Positions 48,497-56,278 are shown, numbered from the stretch's first letter. The stretch: DNA of 64,000 nucleotides from Clostridia bacterium (GCA_045660065.1 JAZRDC010000068.1:10908-74907); one strand, 5' to 3'. Notes: generated by a model not told the origin, from the letters alone. Made by a program: numbers and translations.

Positions 48497-49372
48497 ATGG
48501 AACTTATTGATACATATCTTGGATATCTTGAAAATAAACGAAAACTTTCAGGCAATACTCTTTTGTCGTACAAGCACGATTTGTACGATTATTTTGAGTA
48601 TCTTTCTTTGAACAAACTTACAATCACAAGAGCAAGAAAAACCACTGTTACAGCCTATCTTTCGCTTCTGCAGCGAGATGGCAAAAGTGCGACTACCGTT
48701 GCAAGGTCGTTGGCATCGGTAAGAGGCTTGTATAAATACTTAAATGTTATCGAGCGTATGAAAAGAAACCCCACTGATGGAATTTTAGCCCCGAAAACAG
48801 AAAGAAAACTTCCTGAGATTTTAACTGTAAAAGAAGTGGACAGGTTGTTGTCAGGACCATCGGGGGAAGATTTTAAAAGTGTAAGAGATAAGGCAATGCT
48901 TGAACTTTTGTACGCAACAGGAATAAGAGCGTCTGAATTGATAACTTTAAAAAATGACGATATAGAACTTGATAAAGAAATTTTAAGGTGTGAGGGTCAG
49001 GACAGGCGTGTGCTTCCCTTTGGAGTGTTGGCGAAAACTGCACTTTCAAAATATCTTGAAGTTTCTCCGTTTCATAACGGTTCAAAAGAGCAAAGTACAT
49101 ATCTGTTTGTAAATGTATATGGAAAACCACTTACACGTCAGGGGTTCTGGAAAATAATAAAGCAGTACAAAAAAAGCGCAGGGATCGAAAAAGAAATAAA
49201 TCCTAAAATTTTAAGAACCTCTTTTGCAGCGCATCTTTTGGAAAATGGGGCAGATATCAAGTCCCTTCAGGAGTTTATGGGGCATTCTTCAATTGCCTCA
49301 ACGCAGTTCTATGAGAACCTGAAAAGCAGTAAATTAAGAGAAGTTTATGCAAAATATCATCCAAGAGGGTGA
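48497..49372 (+). CDS. xerD: Tyrosine recombinase XerD
   Basis: RDKAMLELLYATGIR, LR.SFA.HLLENGAD, GH....TQ.Y. Confidence 0.9.
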   Translation: MELIDTYLGYLENKRKLSGNTLLSYKHDLYDYFEYLSLNKLTITRARKTTVTAYLSLLQRDGKSATTVARSLASVRGLYKYLNVIERMKRNPTDGILAPKTERKLPEILTVKEVDRLLSGPSGEDFKSVRDKAMLELLYATGIRASELITLKNDDIELDKEILRCEGQDRRVLPFGVLAKTALSKYLEVSPFHNGSKEQSTYLFVNVYGKPLTRQGFWKIIKQYKKSAGIEKEINPKILRTSFAAHLLENGADIKSLQEFMGHSSIASTQFYENLKSSKLREVYAKYHPRG

Positions 49373-49480
49373 TTTTTTGGAAAAATATAAAAATTTTTAA
49401 ACTTTTTTTCAATAAACTATTGATTTTTCTTAAAAAAGATGTTACAATATAATACGCTTGATGAAAACGGAGGTGAAAAT

Positions 49481-49747
49481 ATGCCAAATATTAAATCTGC
49501 AAAGAAAAGAGTTAAGGTTACAGCTACAAAGACACTTCGTAACCAGGTAATCAAAACTAACATCAAAACTTTTATTAAAAAGTTTGACGCAGCAGTTGTA
49601 AAAGGTGACAAAGCATTGAGCCAGGAACTTTACAGAGCAACTGTTAAAAAGATTGACCAGGCTGTTGCAAAAGGCATCTACAAGAAGAACACAGCATCAA
49701 GAAAGAAATCTCAGCTTACATTGAAATTTAACACTTTAGGTGCTTAA
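49481..49747 (+). CDS. rpsT: 30S ribosomal protein S20
   Basis: MPNIKSAKKRVK...KNTASRKKS; SD ggaggtg. Confidence 0.97.
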   Translation: MPNIKSAKKRVKVTATKTLRNQVIKTNIKTFIKKFDAAVVKGDKALSQELYRATVKKIDQAVAKGIYKKNTASRKKSQLTLKFNTLGA

Positions 49748-49764
49748 TCGATAAAAATATTAAT

Positions 49765-49792
49765 AAAGCTACCTTTTAATTAAGGTAGCTTT
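49765..49792 (+). terminator. Intrinsic terminator
   Basis: aaagctacctt/aaggtagcttt. Confidence 0.75.
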
Positions 49793-49820
49793 GAGGATAT
49801 TTTTTCGCACAATTCAATAT

Positions 49821-49896
49821 AGGGGTATAGCTCAGTTGGTAGAGCAGCGGTCTCCAAAACCGCGTGCCGTGAGTTCGAATCTTACTGCCCCTGCCA
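49821..49896 (+). tRNA. tRNA-Trp (CCA)
   Basis: Acceptor stem aggggta/tgcccct, anticodon stem gcggt-ctCCAaa-accgc, TTCGA T-loop, encoded CCA end; 76 nt. Confidence 0.97.
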
Positions 49897-50020
49897 AACG
49901 AAAGAACCTTGATATGGCTTAATAAATGGCTTTATCAGGGTTTTTGTTTTGTTTTAAAAATAATTTTGAATATTTTGTTTTTAGTGAAAAAGTGTTAAAA
50001 AATATAGGGTTTTTGAAAAT

Positions 50021-50041
50021 ATTGTTGTCAAAATTGTTGTC
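50021..50041. repeat. Candidate integrase arm-type sites
   Basis: attgttgtc at 50021 and 50033, between att and the integrase stop codon. Confidence 0.5.
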
Positions 50042-50056
50042 CAAAATGGTGAAAAA

Positions 50057-51187
50057 TTAAAGCTCGTTGAGCTTGGTTATTGCTTCTTCTTTTTGCTCGT
50101 CCATCAGGTGGACATAGGTGTCGTAAGTGAAGGAAACTGATTCGTGGCCGAGAAGTTCGGAAACAATTTTTATATCTGTGCCTTTTTTTATCAGGAGTGA
50201 TGCAAAGGTGTGCCTAAGGGCGTGCAGACCAACATATTCATAGCCGAAGGCATCGAGCATTGAGTATAGTGTTCTGGTTAGGTTTCTTGGTGATGGCTGA
50301 TTGCCCTGGGTGTTTGTTATTACGAGGTCTGTTCCTGATTTCCCTTCTGTCATAATCTTGAAGGCATCTAATGCTTTTGTACCCAAAAATATTTTTCTGT
50401 TTGATTTTTTTGTCTTTGGTGTGTTCTGGGTTATGGTTTCATATTTTGTTTTAGAGTTATCAGAACGCGTTTTAACTGTTTTTACATTCTTTTTTATTAT
50501 TATCTGATTTGTTTTTGCATCATAGTCGTTTATGGTAAGTGCCAGAGCTTCTCCGATTCTTAAACCAGTATATATTAAAAATATGATTGCATAATCAAAC
50601 TGATAATAAGGTTTTCCCGTTTTCCACTTTTTACCTACAAGGGTGTTTAAATTGTTTACCTGTTCTTCGGTTAAAAATTGTATTTCCTTTATATCGTTTT
50701 TCTTTTCCCGGGGGATGATTATATCTTCTGCGGGATTTTCTTTTAAAACCTTGTTTTTGATTGCCTGCTTAAATATCTGATTGAGGTTCTGATGGATCTT
50801 CCTTAATACAGAGTATGACATATCGGAATTATCAAAGAGAGTTTCCTGGATAACATCAGTTGTGATTTCGTCCAGAGGAAGAGAACCAAGTGCAGGAAGA
50901 ATGTGGCCTGTTACTATCCATTCTACTGTATCATAAGATGAACGCTTTAGAGATTTGAATTTACTTTTCATCCAATTTTCGGCAAAGGTACTTAAAAGTT
51001 GCTTCTCACCTTTTATATAACCTTCTTCGTAGTCTTTGATATAAAGTTTCATTTTGCGCATAGCATCCTGTGCTGATTTGGAAGAATAAAAGCTTTTTCT
51101 TTTGGAATCAATCATTACAGAAGCCATCCAGCGCCCATCGGAACGTTTTACAACGGTTCCTTCTCCTTTTAGTCTTTCTTTTGCCAT
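50057..51187 (-). CDS. Phage tyrosine integrase
   Basis: N-terminal GEGTV.KR.DGRW arm-binding domain; TGLRIGE, H.LRHTFAS, LLGH, TY.TY.H. Confidence 0.96.
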   Translation of the reverse strand: MAKERLKGEGTVVKRSDGRWMASVMIDSKRKSFYSSKSAQDAMRKMKLYIKDYEEGYIKGEKQLLSTFAENWMKSKFKSLKRSSYDTVEWIVTGHILPALGSLPLDEITTDVIQETLFDNSDMSYSVLRKIHQNLNQIFKQAIKNKVLKENPAEDIIIPREKKNDIKEIQFLTEEQVNNLNTLVGKKWKTGKPYYQFDYAIIFLIYTGLRIGEALALTINDYDAKTNQIIIKKNVKTVKTRSDNSKTKYETITQNTPKTKKSNRKIFLGTKALDAFKIMTEGKSGTDLVITNTQGNQPSPRNLTRTLYSMLDAFGYEYVGLHALRHTFASLLIKKGTDIKIVSELLGHESVSFTYDTYVHLMDEQKEEAITKLNEL

Positions 51188-51239
51188 AATTTCACCACCT
51201 TTGTTTGAGTTCCGTCCTTAAAACAGGGCGGTTGTTTTT

Positions 51240-51608
51240 TTAATCAATAGGATGTGTATTCATCCATAAAAGTACAAGTGTAGGGATTGTTATTAAAACT
51301 CCAATTATTGTTAATACTTTTCTTTTGGCTGAAGGCTTGTTGTTTTCGAATTCGCTGAACCCAAAGAAGCAAACAAAGCCAGATATCCAAAATATTGGTA
51401 TTAATATAAAAAGGCATGCAAATATTTTTAAAATGGTATCAAGAATACCTTCGTATGTGTGAATTAATAAAATGCACATTATTGTGTAAAGCGTAGTCCA
51501 GAACATTGATTTTGACATGAAAAGAGCCTTTTCAGAATCCTTTAACTTTTGGCGCAATTCGTTTCCTTCTTTTAATTCTTCAAAATATAAATCTTTATAA
51601 TCGTCCAT
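51240..51608 (-). CDS. Hypothetical membrane protein (3 TM segments)
   Basis: SD aggag; three hydrophobic stretches. Confidence 0.75.
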   Translation of the reverse strand: MDDYKDLYFEELKEGNELRQKLKDSEKALFMSKSMFWTTLYTIMCILLIHTYEGILDTILKIFACLFILIPIFWISGFVCFFGFSEFENNKPSAKRKVLTIIGVLITIPTLVLLWMNTHPID

Positions 51609-51621
51609 TTTAATCTCCTTG

Positions 51622-52125
51622 TTAAAAACACCTTGAGCAGGGGGCGTAGTAGTTTGCTTCTGCTGCTTGTATGGTGTATGTAGTTGTACCTGTTTTATTT
51701 TTTAAATAACTGCATGTGGGCTTATGATATTTTCTGCCTGTGCGGGTTACAATAACTTGCTCTGTGATATCAAGAATGTCGTTAGGGGCTTCCTGTTCTT
51801 TAGCAGGTTGTTGTGTTGATTGTGCGGGGACATCTGCTTTATACGAAGCGGCAGCACTTTCAACTTTTATAATCAGTTCATTAATAAAATCGGAAGTTGT
51901 TTCTGTTTTAGTTTCTTCCATAGGTTCTGCAACCTGGATTATAGTTTCTTGCAGAGCAGAAGCGGGAATGAAAGTTTTTGAATATGCAAAACAACTAAAA
52001 GCGATGGAAAGCAATAATAAAAGTGTGAGTAAAGTTGAGCCTTTACCTGTTTTTTTTATTTTGAGGGTACAAGAGCCTTGTTGCAAAAACATTTGCTTCT
52101 TCCTCTTTATGATCTGATGTGTCAT
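51622..52125 (-). CDS. TM-anchored protein with C-terminal Ada-like metal-binding domain; possibly the frameshifted C-terminus of ImmA
   Basis: Hydrophobic LLTLLLLLSIAF; VIVTRTGRKYH..TC.YL...PCSRC; 83-nt overlap with immA across an A8 tract. Confidence 0.7.
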   Translation of the reverse strand: MTHQIIKRKKQMFLQQGSCTLKIKKTGKGSTLLTLLLLLSIAFSCFAYSKTFIPASALQETIIQVAEPMEETKTETTSDFINELIIKVESAAASYKADVPAQSTQQPAKEQEAPNDILDITEQVIVTRTGRKYHKPTCSYLKNKTGTTTYTIQAAEANYYAPCSRCF

Positions 52126-52441
52126 AATAACCGTTTGTTTGATTTATATGGTTCATATAAATATGTCCTATCTCGTGGCATAGGATGAATGGCAAATCAC
52201 TGCTGTGGACTGCACCACGGTAAAATGTGTAACTTTTCTTTCCTATTGTACAACTTACAGAAGAATAATGCTTTGCATGTTCTGTGAGTTTTAGCTCTTT
52301 TAATAAATCTTCGCTGCTTTCATAGGTAAGAAGAGTGTATCCCATTTTTGATATTATGTTTTTAATATCGCGAAGTCCGGGAATACCTTTTAATTTAAAC
52401 TCCTTTTTTAATTCCTTTACTGCTAAATCGACATTTTTCAT
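52043..52441 (-). CDS. ImmA/IrrE-family metalloprotease (anti-repressor type)
   Basis: HEIGH (HExxH) and EEEANVFA motifs; SD ggagg; located between cI and int. Confidence 0.88.
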   Translation of the reverse strand: MKNVDLAVKELKKEFKLKGIPGLRDIKNIISKMGYTLLTYESSEDLLKELKLTEHAKHYSSVSCTIGKKSYTFYRGAVHSSDLPFILCHEIGHIYMNHINQTNGYYDTSDHKEEEANVFATRLLYPQNKKNR

Positions 52442-52524
52442 TATAAAACCTCCAAATTATAGTTTATACTACAATATTAAAGGTTTTATTTGGTAATTAC
52501 AATGGTAAATTGTGTTAGGAGTTA

Positions 52525-53208
52525 TTATTTAGATTTAGTTTTAGATTTGTCGTCGTGCATAAAGTATTTGATTTTACTGCGTATGCCATCTATATGTTCA
52601 TTCAAATCATCATTAATGTTGTTTCCCATAGGGTCAAGTATAAAATCAACGCCCTCACGCCTTGCAAGTTTTGCAGCAGGCACGAAATCACTATCGCCTG
52701 CGATAAGTATTATCTGATCAACTTGCTTTTTCAATACCATAGATGCAATATCAGTTCCAAGTTTCATATCCATAGTTTTTTGTTTTATGTTTAGGACAAA
52801 ATCGGTTTCTGTTATATCTTCTAAAGTTCTTTTGCCTGAAAATAACGATTTAACTACATTGGGCTTTAGATTATAACCAAGGTCATTGTCAGACAAGCGA
52901 CCTAATCTTAATGCAAATTTTCTTTTTGATTTTAAACTGTTTAAAAAAGTAGTCATCCAATCGTAAAGTTCATTTTTCATTTTTATATTTTTCTTTAAGA
53001 AAGGGTGATAAACATTTTTGTCAGTTGGTGGACAATCGTAATAAAATATACGATATAGCAAGGCTGCTTCAGGTCCTTTATTTTGTAAATGCAACCTGCA
53101 ATAATGCTCCAATTCTTCTGCTCTAACCTCTGGAATTTTGTGTCCAAAAAGGTGCTCAGCTCTTTTGCGGTAAAAACCACCGTCTACAAGTACAGCGACT
53201 CTAATCAT
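52525..53208 (-). CDS. NYN-domain (LabA/DUF88, PIN-fold) putative ribonuclease
   Basis: VLVDGG, IFYYD, QK..DM.LG.D, GDSDFVPA...R.EG motifs; SD aaggag. Confidence 0.88.
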   Translation of the reverse strand: MIRVAVLVDGGFYRKRAEHLFGHKIPEVRAEELEHYCRLHLQNKGPEAALLYRIFYYDCPPTDKNVYHPFLKKNIKMKNELYDWMTTFLNSLKSKRKFALRLGRLSDNDLGYNLKPNVVKSLFSGKRTLEDITETDFVLNIKQKTMDMKLGTDIASMVLKKQVDQIILIAGDSDFVPAAKLARREGVDFILDPMGNNINDDLNEHIDGIRSKIKYFMHDDKSKTKSK

Positions 53209-53232
53209 AAGTAAATCTCCTTAATAAAAGAT

Positions 53233-53321
53233 AAAAAAAGAGCCCAAGGTTTCATCACTCTCCGTATGGTGGAGGGAATACTCCCATGGGCGTATAATCA
53301 CAATATACAATTGTTATTGTG
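53233..53321 (-). ncRNA. Putative ~90-nt structured RNA/attenuator upstream of the NYN gene
   Basis: Follows TTGACA-18-TATAAT; 5' hairpin, long imperfect GC-rich hairpin, then U7. Confidence 0.55.
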
Positions 53322-53326
53322 TTATT

Positions 53327-53356
53327 ATTATAATATGCCCAAAGGGTAGTTGTCAA
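53327..53356 (-). promoter_or_regulatory. SigA promoter of the sRNA-NYN cassette
   Basis: Perfect TTGACA (53356-53351) and TATAAT (53332-53327), 18-nt spacer. Confidence 0.75.
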
Positions 53357-53388
53357 TACAATTTCAAAAAAAAATAAAAATTTTTATC

Positions 53389-53859
53389 TTATGTGTGTTT
53401 TACAACATTGTCATCAGAGTTGACACCGCCACCGTCTGCAGCCCATTTTAATGTATCATCAGAATCAACTGTTCTGATCTTATCATTAAAGTCTATAACA
53501 GTCTTTTTGTCTTCCTTAGTATATTTTTCATTTCCGATAAGGATATCGACATATTCATTGGTTTTTTCTTTACCAAGGTCATTTAATTGGTTGTATTTTT
53601 GTAAAAACGATAAATTGTTTGATATGTTAGCCAAATGTTTTTCTTCAGATGTACCTAAAAGCCAATCGGGGTTTACATTTAAATAATTTCCAATCGCTTC
53701 TATGATAGGCTTTTTAATAGTGCGAATTTTACCTTTTTCATATCTTTGAATTGTCGATTTATTTAGACAAAGTTTTTTTCCAAGTTCTTCTTGGGTGAGA
53801 CCTGATTCAATCCGAATTTCTTTAATTCTGCTTGCTATTAATAATTTGTTGGGGGTCAT
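53389..53859 (-). CDS. CI-like phage repressor (XRE HTH)
   Basis: RIKEIR...LTQEELG..L..NKSTIQRYEKG; divergent from the early genes. Confidence 0.92.
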   Translation of the reverse strand: MTPNKLLIASRIKEIRIESGLTQEELGKKLCLNKSTIQRYEKGKIRTIKKPIIEAIGNYLNVNPDWLLGTSEEKHLANISNNLSFLQKYNQLNDLGKEKTNEYVDILIGNEKYTKEDKKTVIDFNDKIRTVDSDDTLKWAADGGGVNSDDNVVKHT

Positions 53860-53894
53860 TTTATCATCACCTCAAATCAATGTTAGCATAAAAA

Positions 53895-54003
53895 ATTGCA
53901 AAATGCAATACAAAAACAACAAAAAAATAAAAAAAATTGCAAAATGCTATTGACAAGTTGCAAAATGCGTGTTAATATATATTCGAAAGTTGCATAACGC
54001 AAC
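53895..54003. promoter_or_regulatory. Genetic switch: four operators (consensus GTTGCA-aaa-TGCAAC) overlapping divergent promoters
   Basis: Sites at 53895, 53936, 53958 and 53989; rightward TTGACA at 53950; leftward TTGCAT-17-TAACAT. Confidence 0.85.
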
Positions 54004-54020
54004 GAAAGAGAGGTGAGATT

Positions 54021-54224
54021 GTGGGAAAGATTCCTTATATGACAGAAAGGATAGTCAATTTCAAAGAGTTGAGAAATACAATTGAAGGTTGTTATATTAT
54101 GGCTCAATTTCTGCAACAAGAAAGCCCTCATAAGGAGAGCTTTGAACCATTAATTGAAGATTTAAAAAAAGCACGAGATTTCCAATTCGAAATTGAGGTA
54201 AAGAAGATAAGTTATTGCGAGTAA
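54021..54224 (+). CDS. Phage hypothetical protein, first early gene
   Basis: SD gaggtg, GTG start. Confidence 0.6.
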   Translation: MGKIPYMTERIVNFKELRNTIEGCYIMAQFLQQESPHKESFEPLIEDLKKARDFQFEIEVKKISYCE

Positions 54225-54496
54225 CCATCTTCATTTACATCAATCTGTTGCTTGAATTCTACTGAAGCCAGACAACGACTTCTCATGGTGCAGAATCTAT
54301 ATATGCTTAATTTAGGATCTTGTTTGGAAGGTGGCAATTTGAGGTTTTGCACTATGGGACATTCACAGGCGACATAGGTTGCAACAGAAGGATTATCTTT
54401 GTCATTAAAATGATACCTTGCTAAAAGTGTTATTTCTTTGTTCCATAACGGACAATGGTGTTGTTTGCCGACAAAGGTGTAGTACATCTCATTCAT
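54212..54496 (-). CDS. Cys/His-rich hypothetical protein with its own leftward promoter
   Basis: SD gaggtg; TTGTAA and TG-TATAAT upstream. Confidence 0.7.
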   Translation of the reverse strand: MNEMYYTFVGKQHHCPLWNKEITLLARYHFNDKDNPSVATYVACECPIVQNLKLPPSKQDPKLSIYRFCTMRSRCLASVEFKQQIDVNEDGYSQ

Positions 54497-54561
54497 AGGT
54501 TATCACCTCACTTTCAAGGGTGATTATAACATAATAAACAAATTTTTACAAGGAGGGAATT

Positions 54562-54765
54562 ATGGTTAATACAAGTAAAATAAAAAGTCGTATGGTACTT
54601 TGTGGAATTACACAAAGTGGTTTGGCAGAAAAGCTTAAGCTTTCGCAAACAACTGTAAACCAGAAGATTAATAATGCAAGAAAAACTACAATTGAAGAAG
54701 CGTTATTAATTAAAAAGCATCTTGATATATCTGATTGCGAATTTGGAGAATATTTTTTTGTTTAA
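54562..54765 (+). CDS. Cro-like HTH protein 1
   Basis: KIKSRM...ITQ..LAEKL.LS..TVNQKIN; SD aggaggg. Confidence 0.85.
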   Translation: MVNTSKIKSRMVLCGITQSGLAEKLKLSQTTVNQKINNARKTTIEEALLIKKHLDISDCEFGEYFFV

Positions 54766-54768
54766 AGA

Positions 54769-54832
54769 GTTGCAAAATGCAACAAGTGACAAAATATCAC
54801 TTGTGAAAATCAGAAGTGACGAAACGTCACTT
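54769..54832. promoter_or_regulatory. Fifth GTTGCA operator plus two operators of a second family (AAGTGAC-N5-(G/A)TCACTT)
   Basis: gttgcaaaatgcaac at 54769-54783; aagtgacaaaatatcactt at 54784-54802; aagtgacgaaacgtcactt at 54814-54832. Confidence 0.75.
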
Positions 54833-54849
54833 TAGAGAGAGGTGAGTAA

Positions 54850-55041
54850 ATGTTAAGAATAGCAGAAGTGAGAAAGTCAAGGGGTCTTTCACAAGAAGAA
54901 GTGGCGAAAGAGATAGGCATAGATAGAAGCACTGTAGCAAAGTGGGAAACAGGTAAGGCAAAGCCAAAAGCTGATACATTGCTTGCTTTATCGGCGTTGT
55001 TTAATTGTTCTATTGATGAAATTCTTGGGAATGAGAGGTGA
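54850..55041 (+). CDS. Cro-like XRE HTH protein 2
   Basis: RKSRGLSQEEVAKEIGIDRSTVAKWETG..KP; SD gaggtg. Confidence 0.9.
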   Translation: MLRIAEVRKSRGLSQEEVAKEIGIDRSTVAKWETGKAKPKADTLLALSALFNCSIDEILGNER

Positions 55042-55045
55042 TGTT

Positions 55046-55246
55046 GTGGATTTAGAAAAATTAAATTCTAAAATCAAAGAAATTGGAATAAAAAAGAAAG
55101 CCATTGCCAAAGAGTTTGGGATTAGCGTTCAGGCACTAAATAAAAAACTGGCAGGGGATACGAAGATTACAGTAGATGATGCAAGTATATTTTGCGAGGT
55201 TTTAAGAATTAAGAGTGATAAAGAAAAAGTTGAGATATTTTTATGA
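55046..55246 (+). CDS. Cro-like HTH protein 3
   Basis: GIKKKAIAKEFGIS.QAL.KKL.G; SD gaggtg before GTG 55046. Confidence 0.8.
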   Translation: MDLEKLNSKIKEIGIKKKAIAKEFGISVQALNKKLAGDTKITVDDASIFCEVLRIKSDKEKVEIFL

Positions 55247-55467
55247 TTGATCAGGAGGAGAGTATGAAAATAACTGTTCAGATTTGGGAGGAAAATCAAG
55301 GAATAAATTTTGATATAGAAGTACCAAGCAAAAAAGTAGCTTCAGATATTATATCAAAGTTTATTGAAGAAGATGTAAGTTTGGTGAGAATAGAAAAGCA
55401 GCACCAAAACGATGCTGCAAATCAGATAAATTCTAAAGGTTCTGGTGTATCCAGTCCCACTGCTTAG
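55243..55467 (+). CDS. Phage hypothetical protein
   Basis: Translationally coupled to the upstream gene (ATGA overlap). Confidence 0.5.
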   Translation: MIDQEESMKITVQIWEENQGINFDIEVPSKKVASDIISKFIEEDVSLVRIEKQHQNDAANQINSKGSGVSSPTA

Positions 55468-55696
55468 ATGTAAGAAAACCTTTGATTGGTTTTTCAACCT
55501 TGCAAATTATCATTCTGTCATTGCTGTCAAGGTTTGCGGTAACCTTTGACTGAACAGCATCAATGGACAACGAGGATTTTACAAGATATGTAGTGGTAAC
55601 ATATTTACACCAGGGACCTAATGATTTTATAGAATTTTCCACTTCTTCGCGATTTGAAGTGGGAGATTTTAAATCATAAGAAATCATATAAACCAT
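55433..55696 (-). CDS. Small Cas2/VapD-like ferredoxin-fold protein, lysogen-oriented
   Basis: N-terminal YMISYDL strand as in Cas2/VapD; SD ggaggtg; own promoter-like region. Confidence 0.65.
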   Translation of the reverse strand: MVYMISYDLKSPTSNREEVENSIKSLGPWCKYVTTTYLVKSSLSIDAVQSKVTANLDSNDRMIICKVEKPIKGFLTSKQWDWIHQNL

Positions 55697-55868
55697 TTAT
55701 TCACCTCCAATCAATAATAGAATGTTGTGTTCGAACTAAATATATTATACCATATATTGTTAAAAATCACAACTTTTACTTTCTATCTTTATAAGTGAAG
55801 ATGTTGTAAATGGCTTAAAATCAAGGTTGAATAGTGTTAAAAATTTTACGTTTAAAGGAGAAATTGAA

Positions 55869-56261
55869 ATGAAAAGAATTAAGTGTTTTGCTTTAGGGTT
55901 AGTTTTTGTATTGTTGCTTACAGGATGTACTGAAGCGGATAGAGTATCTTATAATCTTTCAAAAGAAGCGGACAATTTTAATGTTGTACGTCAATTGACA
56001 GTTATCAACTGCATTGAGGGTGATGTGTTGTTTCAGATGACAGGTAAACTTTCTATTACTGCAGATGGTATGGACAACCAATTAGAAATTGTTGCAGAGG
56101 ATAATGGAACATATGTAAAACATTTTGTAGGATTAAGCGACAATGTAACTTACGTTGTAGAGGATCTGAATTTAGGTGCAAATGAAGTGAATAAATATAG
56201 ATACACTTTGAATTTCAATCCCAAAATGTGGATACCGATTGAGTTTAAAACTATTGATTAG
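55869..56261 (+). CDS. Phage lipoprotein
   Basis: MKR...LLLTGC lipobox; SD aaggag. Confidence 0.85.
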   Translation: MKRIKCFALGLVFVLLLTGCTEADRVSYNLSKEADNFNVVRQLTVINCIEGDVLFQMTGKLSITADGMDNQLEIVAEDNGTYVKHFVGLSDNVTYVVEDLNLGANEVNKYRYTLNFNPKMWIPIEFKTID

Positions 56262-56278
56262 TTTTTACAATTAAATAT

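Noticed and set aside
48497-49372. xerD as the prophage integrase or a second mobile element
   Set aside because: It sits in the conserved spoIIM-xerD chromosomal context on the host side of the tRNA; the phage has its own integrase.
55433-55696. Cas2-like gene as evidence of a CRISPR-Cas locus
   Set aside because: No cas1 or other cas genes and no repeat-spacer array were seen anywhere in the window.
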